Shown in pieces: positions 1 to 8,448 of a DNA stretch of 32,086 nt (its first letter is position 1; each line of letters starts with the position of its first letter). Source of the DNA: a virus. Taxonomy: Duplodnaviria; Caudoviricetes. The position numbers and the translations under genes were made by a program. The DNA lies in the IMG/VR virus record IMGVR_UViG_3300032329_000548, positions 1 through 32,086 of that record, one strand, 5' to 3'. Below the pieces are notes generated by a model. It saw only the letters and a list, made by a program, of their open reading frames with translations, had not been told where the DNA came from and searched no databases.

Positions 1-123
1 AATTGCTGAAAACTTAAAATGACTGGATTTATATACGAGGCAAGTTGACCAAAAATTTTGGTGAAAGTGTTTTGGAATATTTTTAAAGAATCCGACGCAT
101 CTGCAAGGCTTTGTATTTCCTCA
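1..123. repeat. Terminal direct repeat, copy 1 (identical to 31964-32086); circular-assembly overlap
   Basis: aattgctgaaaact...gtatttcctca occurs at both ends, and the tape-measure frame is continuous across the junction. Confidence 0.97.
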
Positions 124-692
124 TTCGACCAAACTCCCATGGCGTTTCCTAGTTTTGCTATTTCATCTGGGCCCATCCTAAGAGTTTCCAATAAGGATGT
201 GACGCTTTTCCCTGCAACATCTTGCGCTTTTGCAAAAGCCACTAATGGATCTTGGGTGTTTTGAATGGATCGGCTTAGCGCAAAAAACAAATCTTCTGGC
301 GACATGCTTTTTAAATCCTGAACGCTCAAGCCTATGTTTTCAAAAGCCTTGACCATTCCAGTGTCTCCACCAATCGCTTTGCCAGCATTTATGGCCAGCT
401 TGTTCATTGATTTGGCTACGTCGTCTATTCCAGATCCAGACAAACTGGCAGCGTTTCCTATTTCTTGAAGTCCGCTTGCAGCCAGACCAAAACGATTGGC
501 AAGATCCTGCAACTGATCACCCTTCTCAATCGCGCTGGAAAAACCTTGAATAATTTTATCAAAAGCAAACGCCCCTGCAATCATGCCGCCTATCTCTTTT
601 GAGAACTTTCTAACTGATGATTGAGCAGCCGTCAGGCCACGATCAAAGCCGGATGCGTCTAAGGCGAGTTTGGCTGTGGCGACTGCGTCCAT
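1..692 (-). CDS. Tail tape measure protein, N-terminal part (continues at 31963..31237; about 472 aa in total)
   Basis: ATG at 692 overlaps the upstream TAA (TAATG). Translation MDAVATAKLALDASGFDRGL...GDQLQDLANRFG... is Ala/Gly-rich and helical, as typical of TMP N-termini. It is in frame with ORF 31237..31947 across the circular join. Confidence 0.85.
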   Translation of the reverse strand, partial: MDAVATAKLALDASGFDRGLTAAQSSVRKFSKEIGGMIAGAFAFDKIIQGFSSAIEKGDQLQDLANRFGLAASGLQEIGNAASLSGSGIDDVAKSMNKLAINAGKAIGGDTGMVKAFENIGLSVQDLKSMSPEDLFFALSRSIQNTQDPLVAFAKAQDVAGKSVTSLLETLRMGPDEIAKLGNAMGVWSNEEIQSLADASDSLKIFQNTFTKIFGQLASYINPVILSFQQ

Positions 693-1546
693 TATAGACC
701 AGCCTTTTTGCTTTGATAAGCAGCGATGATAGAAAGGCGTTTGATCATTTTTACTACTTGTATGTCAATGGATTTTTGGACGGTAGATTTGCTGATGACG
801 TTTGATATCCATGGGATCGTGTTTGTCATTGAGATGTAGGGCTTTGAAAAAACGCCTGCTTTTGTTAGCGACCTATCCTCAACGCGGCCGCCGCCAGTAT
901 GACGATATACCCATTTTGGTATGCCCCTGAATCCGCCAAGGATCCCGGCACAGACGGCCCAGCCGGATTTTGCGATACCTACGTTTCCACGCTTTTGCTT
1001 AAAGTATCTGGCCAGTTCGGTTTCCTTTGTGACGATCTGGCGTACAAATTGATTTTTTGGCACTCGTCGATTCTTTCCAAACCTAGCATTTTCATGTGCG
1101 CTGCCTTTATCAAAATCGCCGATCCTAGTGTAAACGTAAGGCTTATAGTTTACGCGATCGATCAAAGCTTGCGCCTCGCTTTTTGCAGCGACGCCTTTCT
1201 TGCCTTTGTTGAATGATTTGCCCAGGACAAGCGCGGCCAACGCAGCTGCGGCCTGCTTGGCATTTTGTGTTGCCGTCTTTCCTTTTGCTAATGGCAACGA
1301 TCCTATTTCACGCACGGCCGTGGGTGCTGACTTGTAAACTCGATCGATATCCCGCGTCACAGCCTTCTCGCCTATGGCCTTGGCCTTTGCATTTAGACCG
1401 AATGGTTGAGTGGAATTGGCAAGGCTAACGCAAAGCGAACGAGCCTGAATTCGCATTTCCTTGGCGGCTTCGATCTTCATGTTTCCAGCAAAGGCTTTAA
1501 ATGCCTGCTGAAGTTTGATCGGATTTACGGTAAGGCTGGCGCTCAT
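692..1546 (-). CDS. Putative virion morphogenesis/neck protein (HK97 gp10-like position and basic composition)
   Basis: 284 aa, Lys/Arg/Ala-rich ORF, coupled to neighbours within the tail operon; function inferred from context only. Confidence 0.5.
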   Translation of the reverse strand: MSASLTVNPIKLQQAFKAFAGNMKIEAAKEMRIQARSLCVSLANSTQPFGLNAKAKAIGEKAVTRDIDRVYKSAPTAVREIGSLPLAKGKTATQNAKQAAAALAALVLGKSFNKGKKGVAAKSEAQALIDRVNYKPYVYTRIGDFDKGSAHENARFGKNRRVPKNQFVRQIVTKETELARYFKQKRGNVGIAKSGWAVCAGILGGFRGIPKWVYRHTGGGRVEDRSLTKAGVFSKPYISMTNTIPWISNVISKSTVQKSIDIQVVKMIKRLSIIAAYQSKKAGL

Positions 1547-1758
1547 AGTCCCAAGGCTTTCTCCATGTCACGGAGATCTGTGCCCACGACGGCATACGGC
1601 CGTCGCAACTTTGCTCCGTTCATATACATAAAAACGTGTTCAGCTTGATGGATGATGTGTAGCGGAACTTCCCAGAGAATCGTCATCAGTGGCCACCCGG
1701 TTTCTTTTGCCAGGACGAACACGCACGCGGCGGTTCCGCCTGGCGTTACCCGTTTCCC
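1543..1758 (-). CDS. Tail assembly chaperone frameshift extension (gpT-like), reached by a -1 frameshift
   Basis: The -1 frame after G GGA AAC is open for about 70 codons (RVTPGGTAACVFVLAKETGWPLMTILWEVP...KALGL*) and ends in an ATGA overlap with the next gene. Confidence 0.8.
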   Translation of the reverse strand, partial: GKRVTPGGTAACVFVLAKETGWPLMTILWEVPLHIIHQAEHVFMYMNGAKLRRPYAVVGTDLRDMEKALGL

Positions 1759-2129
1759 GGCGGCTGTGGCACGCCGGATGGGATTACGTTTACCTTAGAT
1801 TTGTTGGACTCATTTAGGATATTGGCGACCAGTAGGCTAGCGGTATCCCGATCCTCTTCGCCCAATTTCTCCGACCATTCCATCAGCTTTTCCCTGAAAG
1901 CATCCTGATCCCACGCCAACTTGATTGCTTCTTTCCTACTCTTTGCCAGCAAGATGTGCAGATAGATAAATGCGTAGACGAAAAATATAGGGCTGTCGTT
2001 TTCGTTACGGATTTGAATCATCAGCAAGCGACTGCCCTCGGTATACGGCGCCAGTTTCTGATCTTTGAAATATCTGTCTGGCGATATGAATGCCTGATCC
2101 AGCTCCTGCAACAGATTCTCTTCGCTCAT
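1746..2129 (-). CDS. Tail assembly chaperone (gpG-like)
   Basis: 127 aa, downstream of the tail tube, ends at the slippery site (PPGNG*). Confidence 0.75.
   Translation of the reverse strand: MSEENLLQELDQAFISPDRYFKDQKLAPYTEGSRLLMIQIRNENDSPIFFVYAFIYLHILLAKSRKEAIKLAWDQDAFREKLMEWSEKLGEEDRDTASLLVANILNESNKSKVNVIPSGVPQPPGNG
1752..1758 (-). promoter_or_regulatory. -1 programmed ribosomal frameshift slippery site GGGAAAC
   Basis: X XXY YYZ heptamer in the correct phase, one codon before the stop of 1746..2129; GGCGG/CCGCC stem just downstream. Confidence 0.8.
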
Positions 2130-2500
2130 AGTTTCTTTAGCATCGCCCGTTTCAGCTCTGGGCTGGCTCGCTCGCTGACTAGAAGCGTCTGCCCGCCACG
2201 TTGAATCGATATGATGGGTTCGGCCCGCTTCATTAGGCCGAGCAGAGTTTCTCGGTTTTCAAGGGCTGCCCTTACGTATCGAATAGGCGATTCCGCATCT
2301 GATTTCATTTCCGCCCAGGTGCGTTCCATTTCAGCTTTTGCCTCTTCGCCTTCAGATATGGTGAACCAAAAAGTAAACTGGCGATGGCCATCCTCTTTTA
2401 CAATGCAAGTGACTGGATCCATTGGACGCAACTTGGCGCCGAAAGCGGAAGCGGCCGCTGCCACCTTAATGTTTGTCGTTCCCCAAAAGCTATCGATCAT
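2126..2500 (-). CDS. Hypothetical protein in the tail operon
   Basis: 124 aa ORF, ATGA-coupled to the chaperone gene. Confidence 0.6.
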   Translation of the reverse strand: MIDSFWGTTNIKVAAAASAFGAKLRPMDPVTCIVKEDGHRQFTFWFTISEGEEAKAEMERTWAEMKSDAESPIRYVRAALENRETLLGLMKRAEPIISIQRGGQTLLVSERASPELKRAMLKKL

Positions 2501-2513
2501 TTTAGGATTTCAT

Positions 2514-2532
2514 AAACCCGCCGGAGCGGGTT
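2514..2532 (-). terminator. Probable intrinsic terminator/attenuator after the tail tube gene
   Basis: Minus strand AACCCGC-TCCG-GCGGGTT hairpin at the stop codon, followed by TTTAT (weak U tract). Confidence 0.5.
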
Positions 2533-2878
2533 AGCTCATGTTAGGGAAGCGAGTCGCAGAGACGTCCACCGTGACAAATCCGTCAGAAGCGCGATTCGTT
2601 GTGACGCTGTCCACGATGATCTTTCCGCCGGTGCTGGCAGCGTTAGCAAGCGTGGTTAGAACAGCGCCAGCCGTAGTAGCGTAGGTGCCCGTGATGGTTG
2701 TGGAGAAGGCAAAGGTATCAGTCGGGTTATACATGGCAGCACCGACTACCTCACCGCTTTGATTCCTAACTTCCGCACGTTCGACGTTGCGGGTTTCTGT
2801 GAAAGATTGCACGAGGCCGCCAGATTCCGCAGAGATGCCGAATTGTAGGCCAGAAGTTCCGATTGTTGTGGCTGCCAT
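2531..2878 (-). CDS. Putative major tail tube protein (small, very Thr-rich)
   Basis: 115 aa beta-rich sequence between the tail-terminator-like gene and the chaperones; has its own upstream motif and downstream hairpin. Confidence 0.65.
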   Translation of the reverse strand: MAATTIGTSGLQFGISAESGGLVQSFTETRNVERAEVRNQSGEVVGAAMYNPTDTFAFSTTITGTYATTAGAVLTTLANAASTGGKIIVDSVTTNRASDGFVTVDVSATRFPNMS

Positions 2879-2896
2879 ATTGCCTTAAATTTTGTG

Positions 2897-3343
2897 TCAA
2901 CTTGCAATAGAATTAGGATACGCGATGACTGCCAGTTTGTAGGTGCGCCGCATCGTTCTCTCCTCATCATCGGCTTCTGGCTCTATTGAGTCCAACTTAG
3001 CGTTATAGCATCGGGCAGATTCGATGGATGTCGTAGAGTTTAATTTATTTGCAAGCGAGCTTGAGTCAAAGAAAGCCTGTAGAACTTTGGAGCATTTTTG
3101 AGTGTGAGCATCCACGGTAGTGTCGTCATATCTATCATTAACAACTATTTCAACTGGAACGCTAAACACGCCAGATCCTTGCACCGGCTCCTCTGTCCCT
3201 AGCGTCGCCTTTATGACAATAGATGGTGGCACATTCTCCGTTTTATCGTGCGACAAGTGATACGTCGGCCCGGTAACTGTGGCGGATAGAAGCTCTTGAA
3301 AAGCGGCTTCAATTAGACGATCGAGCATGGTGACGGCGGCCAT
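2897..3343 (-). CDS. Putative tail terminator/completion protein
   Basis: 148 aa, immediately upstream of the tail tube; P-x-I-V-I pattern typical of tail terminators. Confidence 0.55.
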   Translation of the reverse strand: MAAVTMLDRLIEAAFQELLSATVTGPTYHLSHDKTENVPPSIVIKATLGTEEPVQGSGVFSVPVEIVVNDRYDDTTVDAHTQKCSKVLQAFFDSSSLANKLNSTTSIESARCYNAKLDSIEPEADDEERTMRRTYKLAVIAYPNSIAS

Positions 3344-3345
3344 GG

Positions 3346-4014
3346 TTACAGCTCCACGTCAACGCGGCTAGGCCATGAGGCAACGTTGTCCTGCGCCCAT
3401 CGTTCTTTCTGTGGCAGGAAGTAGGTCGGACGATCTTTACGTAAAGCAGACGCTAGTACGACCGAAGCCGAGTTAATTGTCATAAACTTGTCAGCGTGCT
3501 TAATGGCTTGCGCCATTTCGACAACTGATTGAGCCGTCCAGTGTTTTTTGTGGAAGTAGTATTGGCTCTCGCACATAATCACATAATCGCCCATCAACTC
3601 TTCCGCTTTTTGTAGAATATCCAAGGTTGGATAATTCCAGCCCTGGCTAATGCCTAACGGAGCCAGAAGGTTGTATTGATCAGGCAAACCGGATGGCAAG
3701 TCGTCTGGAATGCAATCCAAAACAATCTTCCTGTCCACTCCGACAAGAGCTGGATGGCTATACATAAAGTCGACGTAGCTTTGCCCGCTGTTTCGGTATT
3801 CGTTGTACCGTTCAGGCCATATCTGAAAGTCTAATATTTCACCTTCGCCTTCACCTGGCCCCACCCATTTTGCATAACTGATGAGATCCAAAGCTGATGC
3901 GTACTGTGGCAAACATTCGATCAACACTTGCTCGCCTTGACTGGCAAAGTGACGGGCTGCTGGGAAGCAGTTAATGATATCCCCAAGGCGCTGATGATAG
4001 ACAATCGTTTTCAA
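3346..4014 (-). CDS. Glycosyltransferase, GT9 (heptosyltransferase)-like GT-B fold
   Basis: N-terminal HQRLGDIINCFP motif; C-terminal AIKHADKFMTINSASVVLASAL resembles the GT9 donor-binding segment. Confidence 0.65.
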   Translation of the reverse strand: MKTIVYHQRLGDIINCFPAARHFASQGEQVLIECLPQYASALDLISYAKWVGPGEGEGEILDFQIWPERYNEYRNSGQSYVDFMYSHPALVGVDRKIVLDCIPDDLPSGLPDQYNLLAPLGISQGWNYPTLDILQKAEELMGDYVIMCESQYYFHKKHWTAQSVVEMAQAIKHADKFMTINSASVVLASALRKDRPTYFLPQKERWAQDNVASWPSRVDVEL

Positions 4015-4496
4015 TTATTAAATCCGACTATGGCAAACGACCAATATAGATCCCGCTCACTGCACAGGATTTGTTTGAACCCAAGATCGGCCAACGTCTT
4101 TGTCATATCCTCTGGGTGAAATAAATGGGCGTGCTTGCGATTGTTTTGTGGGCGCCAGTATTCCATGTCTGGATGAGGCAAATACATAAACAAAATTCCG
4201 CCATATTTGAGACGTGTTTTCCAATGCTCTAACGCATCAACATATCTTTCAACGTGCTCAAGGGTGTGAGACGAGAAAATAAAATCATATTTTCCGTCTG
4301 GTAAATTAAGTGCGTCGTGGCCGTCTGGTTGGTCAATGTTGACCACAGTAGCGCCAGGTAAGTGCCAATCTTTAGTGCCACCAATATCCAGCCCATTACC
4401 CCGGCAAAAATGTTGAGCAAATGGAAGTACGTGAGCGCATGCATTTCCGTTCTTAATATAATCTGGATACAGCTTGCCCTTGTATTCGTAGATCAC
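4011..4496 (-). CDS. Class I SAM-dependent methyltransferase (Methyltransf_11-like)
   Basis: GLDIGG motif I; YDFIFSSHTLEH; LKYGGILFMYLP. Confidence 0.85.
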   Translation of the reverse strand: MIYEYKGKLYPDYIKNGNACAHVLPFAQHFCRGNGLDIGGTKDWHLPGATVVNIDQPDGHDALNLPDGKYDFIFSSHTLEHVERYVDALEHWKTRLKYGGILFMYLPHPDMEYWRPQNNRKHAHLFHPEDMTKTLADLGFKQILCSERDLYWSFAIVGFNN

Positions 4497-6178
4497 GGAT
4501 TCCGCTCCTTGAATATCTTCTCGCCCAGCTCGTAATTTTCTTTTGCGTTGTGGCGTTTAAATTCCGCATCCTGCGCTGCGCCCGTGAATAGCGGATTATT
4601 GTGGGTAAATACGACGTCCTTGGCGGGAATGATCACGCCGTCGTGTGCGGCTCTTTTTGAAAACTCGTTGTCGCTAAAAATGCCGGAGCATGCGTCGTAC
4701 TCAGCGGCAAACATGGCACCCTGATCTTGCAGCCGAGCTTTTGTTAGGATTGCCATGCACAGCAGATCGTCTTTGCGATGTCCGTCAGATATGGCCAACA
4801 CCTTCGGCTTACTAGTATCGCCGATCCTGTCGGTGATTATTTTGTCCCAGTGTAGAGGAGGATCCCAATCGTCGGATCCTTGTATGATGATATCCCCACG
4901 GGCGACAGCAGCCGCACGATTCCAAGCCGCCACGCAGTCGCCCTTGCCTTTGATTAAGTTCCAGTTTTTTAGAGGCTCGGCCTTATCGTCGTCATCATCG
5001 CATGAGAATATCCACTCAACTGAGGCTGGATCTGCCGCCTTTTTCATCCACAAGATGCGGGCGTTGATAGCTTCCTGTGGCCTGCCGCGAGTGGCGTGGC
5101 ATACGCTGATCTTCACCGGCTTCTGTGCCCGCCACATGTTCTCGATCTTTTCTGCCTCGGCGGTATCGCCCACAGCCTTGCATGCCGCAAGATAAAGATC
5201 GATGCACTCAAAGTCATATACGGTACGCTGAGCATTCCAGATCTTTACGCCAGGATCCGGCTGAACCATGGCCGATTTTAGAAGGTGATAGGCTTGCAGC
5301 CATGCCCCCACGCTCGCCTCTTCCCTGGCTAAAAAGTAAATCGCCTCTCTCCGCCCAGGGTTCATCTGATGAGCCTTTTGATATAGGCCGATCCTAGCGG
5401 CACGATCGGTAGTGGCCGTGGCCTGATTGCAGGCGGCCTCGTAAGCCAAGGTTGGCTCCTGCCCTGGCCAAACGGCCGCCACATGCGACCATGGCTCAGA
5501 TTCGGCCCTGCGATTACCAAGATAAAGTTCCTGCTGGTAGTAGTAAGCGTACTTACCCGCCTCGCTGAGCTGTGCTTTTAGGATGCGGAGATTGCGATCT
5601 GCGCTGTTTGCCTTGTACCCTCCGGGGTGATGTTCCACCCAGACTGCCTGCTCGCCCACAGATTCTAGTCCAGCATTAGGCAACAGCGCCTCGTGAACGG
5701 CATAATGCCACTTTCCAGACCATACGCCGTCTATGCGCCTCACCATACGCTCGCGTACTGGGGCAAGTTTGGCGTTTAAAACAGCGTAAACGCCTGCATA
5801 GATGCCAAGCCTAGGATTCTGTTCAAACGCTTCCACAGCCCTTTTAATTGCGTTTTTGAGGTCTCTATGTGGCAAGTCGTCGCAATCGACCCAGACCGCA
5901 TAGTCGCCAGTGCAGGCATCCAGAGCTGTGTTGCGTGCGACTGCAAAGTTATCTACGTGTGGCCAGGTCGCCCCTGCCGATGCGTTATGGTACTCGACAA
6001 TCTTTGCGCCTGACTTTTCAGCGATGGCTCGCGTGCCGTCGTCAGGCTTGCCACCCTGCGCGATGCATACCACAAGCTCGTCGCAGTATGGCTTGAAGGC
6101 AGTAAGGCAGCGGTCAATAAATTGCGCCTCGTGCCCAGCGATCATGTAAATTGAAATTTTAGGATTTCGAGTGGCCAC
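4493..6178 (-). CDS. Bimodular glycosyltransferase: GT2 domain + TPR region + second GT-A domain
   Basis: KISIYMIA...IDRCL, NFAVARN, WVDCDD (DxD), VHE, RNLRIL; TPR-like helices (NPGRREAIYFLA); second domain ISVCHATRGRP...AAWNRAA...IQGSDDW. Confidence 0.85.
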   Translation of the reverse strand: MATRNPKISIYMIAGHEAQFIDRCLTAFKPYCDELVVCIAQGGKPDDGTRAIAEKSGAKIVEYHNASAGATWPHVDNFAVARNTALDACTGDYAVWVDCDDLPHRDLKNAIKRAVEAFEQNPRLGIYAGVYAVLNAKLAPVRERMVRRIDGVWSGKWHYAVHEALLPNAGLESVGEQAVWVEHHPGGYKANSADRNLRILKAQLSEAGKYAYYYQQELYLGNRRAESEPWSHVAAVWPGQEPTLAYEAACNQATATTDRAARIGLYQKAHQMNPGRREAIYFLAREEASVGAWLQAYHLLKSAMVQPDPGVKIWNAQRTVYDFECIDLYLAACKAVGDTAEAEKIENMWRAQKPVKISVCHATRGRPQEAINARILWMKKAADPASVEWIFSCDDDDDKAEPLKNWNLIKGKGDCVAAWNRAAAVARGDIIIQGSDDWDPPLHWDKIITDRIGDTSKPKVLAISDGHRKDDLLCMAILTKARLQDQGAMFAAEYDACSGIFSDNEFSKRAAHDGVIIPAKDVVFTHNNPLFTGAAQDAEFKRHNAKENYELGEKIFKERNP

Positions 6179-6180
6179 GG

Positions 6181-6480
6181 TTAAACCTCTCGCAATCCAA
6201 GCACGTAACTACCCACGGAAGTGTCGATAGATGCCACGCGATAACTGACTGAGTTTGCCCGCAAAATAGATCCGATCGTTGGCGCGGTGGCCAAGTTTGA
6301 AAGGTTGATCGTGAACGTAGAATTTAGATCCAGATCATATCCGCCAAGATCCACGTTTTCCTTACGGCTGATTGTAGACAAAATCCCCGTGACGCTTGTC
6401 GATCCGATAGTGGCCGCTGTGCCGGTCTGGGTGTAAAGAGCCGCCAGACTTTCCTTCAGACATTCAGTAAATTCAGACAT
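6181..6480 (-). CDS. Putative head-tail joining protein (gpFII-like)
   Basis: 99 aa after the capsid gene; C-terminal PTIGSILRANSVSYRVASI beta pattern. Confidence 0.6.
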   Translation of the reverse strand: MSEFTECLKESLAALYTQTGTAATIGSTSVTGILSTISRKENVDLGGYDLDLNSTFTINLSNLATAPTIGSILRANSVSYRVASIDTSVGSYVLGLREV

Positions 6481-6497
6481 TTGAGGATTTCTTAAAG

Positions 6498-6533
6498 TGG
6501 AAAGGGCGGTGAGCCTTTCAGCCCACCGCCCTC
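6498..6533 (-). terminator. Intrinsic terminator after the major capsid gene
   Basis: Minus strand AGGGCGGTGGGC-TGAAAG-GCTCACCGCCCT hairpin followed by TTCCACTTT. Confidence 0.7.
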
Positions 6534-6543
6534 CCCGAGTGAA

Positions 6544-7434
6544 TTAGCTACCGTTGATACGCACGAGGCTGTTTGTCTCGCCAGCCTTCACGCCGTAGAT
6601 CAGCGCGTAGGTGCGTTGCAGGAGTCCGAGTCGGACGTCATAGCTCTCCCGAACCATGACAGAAAGTCCGGTGCGGGGTTCGGTCACCACAGAGATATCT
6701 CCGGGGATTGGAACGCCAGTCGGAACTTCAGGAACGCGAGCTGCGATCAGCAACGCTTCACGCTGGGCGAAGAATCCGCCAAGGGTGATTCCGTTTGCGG
6801 GCACCGCGCTGTACATGTTGACGTTAAATCCTGCAACCGAGCCGATTCCGGCCGTGCGGGATTGTTCGCCGCTGATCTGAGCATTTGCAACGATGGTCGA
6901 ATCATTCAAGAGACGGCCATAGAAGGAGGGAGCCAGAACTGCGTACCGATCGTGTTGAGGCACGTTTGCGTTGTTGAGGGTGATTCCAGCCGACACCACG
7001 GAGGCGTAGCTGAAAGATGACGAAGCAACCGTCAGTGCGCTGGTGAAGCTGGTGGAGGTGACAAGCGTGAGCAAGTCGCCAACCATCTGCAAACCAAGAG
7101 CGTGAGCGGCCGCACCGGCGAACCGTTCAATCAGGTTAATGTTGGAGCTTGTCCGTTCCTGATCGTCCACCGAATACGAAACGTGTTTGAACTTGTTCAG
7201 AGTGATTTGAACGTCGGTCTGGGTTGTCGCGGTCGCTACGTAACCATTAGCCTGGGAATAGTCCTGGGCGGTCGTCGCAGAGATGCGGTGGGTGTAGATT
7301 GATGCGTTGTACTTAGCCGCTTCACTGCTGAAATCCGTGACGGAGTTTCTGAGGAAGCTGTAATCTGCCACGAGGATTTCCAGAGCCCTCTGAGCGATTA
7401 CATTGGCATTCGTTGTTCCGATTGTATTGGCCAT
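6544..7434 (-). CDS. Major capsid protein (P22-coat-like HK97 fold)
   Basis: 296 aa after the scaffold; strong AGGAG SD; DVQITLNKFKHVSYSVDD, VPQHDRYAVLAP and terminal LIYGVK motifs; followed by a terminator. Confidence 0.85.
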   Translation of the reverse strand: MANTIGTTNANVIAQRALEILVADYSFLRNSVTDFSSEAAKYNASIYTHRISATTAQDYSQANGYVATATTQTDVQITLNKFKHVSYSVDDQERTSSNINLIERFAGAAAHALGLQMVGDLLTLVTSTSFTSALTVASSSFSYASVVSAGITLNNANVPQHDRYAVLAPSFYGRLLNDSTIVANAQISGEQSRTAGIGSVAGFNVNMYSAVPANGITLGGFFAQREALLIAARVPEVPTGVPIPGDISVVTEPRTGLSVMVRESYDVRLGLLQRTYALIYGVKAGETNSLVRINGS

Positions 7435-7459
7435 TGTAGTGTTCTCCTAGTGGACTGGA

Positions 7460-7987
7460 TTACAGTCCGAGTTTGCGGAGTAGTTCCGACCGACGGGCCG
7501 GATTCTTTTCCGCGTTGAATTGATTGAGGATTTCTGCCCGGCCGAGCGGTTGGCTCGATTCAGCGGGAACCGCCACTGCGCCAGCAGCGTCGGCCTTGGC
7601 TTTCTCCAAAGTTGTCACGGCCTTGTCGTCGGCCTTTTCGTCGGACTTGGCGCTCATTCCATAAGGCTTGGCCATGTCTTCGACGGCAGCGGCGGGAGCT
7701 GCAGGAGCTTCGCCCGCCTCTTCGCCTTGTTCTCCGGCAATATCTGCTTTTTGAAGAGCGATCATCGAATCCATTTTTTCAGACAGAGCGGTCAACATTC
7801 CGACAACGTCCGTGAGAGTAGGCTCAGCCATTTTTTCAGCAGGCTTGTCGGCGGGCACTTCAGCCAGTTCGGCTTTAGGCGCTTCGACAACTGCGGGAGT
7901 TGCAACGGCGGGAGCTTCAGGCGCGGGAGCTGCCACAACGGCAGGCTCGCTCAGCTCTTTTTTGACTTCGACAGGTGCTTCGATCAT
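7460..7987 (-). CDS. Nested in-frame scaffolding protein (internal start MIEAPVEVKK)
   Basis: ATG at the protease/scaffold boundary, preceded by TTGACA-N14; analogous to lambda C/Nu3. Confidence 0.6.
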   Translation of the reverse strand: MIEAPVEVKKELSEPAVVAAPAPEAPAVATPAVVEAPKAELAEVPADKPAEKMAEPTLTDVVGMLTALSEKMDSMIALQKADIAGEQGEEAGEAPAAPAAAVEDMAKPYGMSAKSDEKADDKAVTTLEKAKADAAGAVAVPAESSQPLGRAEILNQFNAEKNPARRSELLRKLGL

Positions 7988-8428
7988 TTGAAGTTTTTTC
8001 ATGTCAACTGCTGTAAAAGCAGAAAACATTCCCGCTGGGTTTGCGGCTGGCGTGCTAACTACGCTGATATCGTAAATTTCAGTTACCCTGGCGAAACGAT
8101 TGCCAGCAATCTGTTCGGGTACTCCGCTGAACGTAAGCGATAGCCCAAATCCCTCCGGCAACACCTGAGCCAAGTGCTGAACAAATTGCGCCTCGTTTGT
8201 GTTGAACAAAGTCAGATCACCCATTAGGCGATCGCCCTCGATCTTAAATCCGTCGATATAACCGAGGATCCCAGAAACTTCTGCCCCGTGACCCATAGTT
8301 ACTTTGATGCGTTTCATGGTGAGCGCCACGGCCAGCGCTTGCTCTAGCGAGGTTTGGTCGATCAGTAGGTTGTGCCCCTTGGCCTCGCCTACCGTTAAGA
8401 TGGATACGTTGGAAAGTTTGTTGGCCAT
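7460..8428 (-). CDS. Prohead maturation protease with C-terminal scaffold domain
   Basis: N-terminal GEAKGH...VTMGH...GLS...DISVVSTPAANP protease pattern; Ala/Glu/Pro-rich C-terminal half; ATG 8428 preferred over the TTG at 8437. Confidence 0.8.
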   Translation of the reverse strand: MANKLSNVSILTVGEAKGHNLLIDQTSLEQALAVALTMKRIKVTMGHGAEVSGILGYIDGFKIEGDRLMGDLTLFNTNEAQFVQHLAQVLPEGFGLSLTFSGVPEQIAGNRFARVTEIYDISVVSTPAANPAGMFSAFTAVDMKKLQMIEAPVEVKKELSEPAVVAAPAPEAPAVATPAVVEAPKAELAEVPADKPAEKMAEPTLTDVVGMLTALSEKMDSMIALQKADIAGEQGEEAGEAPAAPAAAVEDMAKPYGMSAKSDEKADDKAVTTLEKAKADAAGAVAVPAESSQPLGRAEILNQFNAEKNPARRSELLRKLGL

Positions 8429-8448
8429 GCTGGCCAACGGGTGTCAAA

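Noticed and set aside
7520-8143. Long plus-strand ORFs opposite structural and replication genes (e.g. 7520..8143, 15751..16308, 4755..5195, 25387..25842)
   Set aside because: They are shadows of well-supported minus-strand genes, with no motifs or start signals
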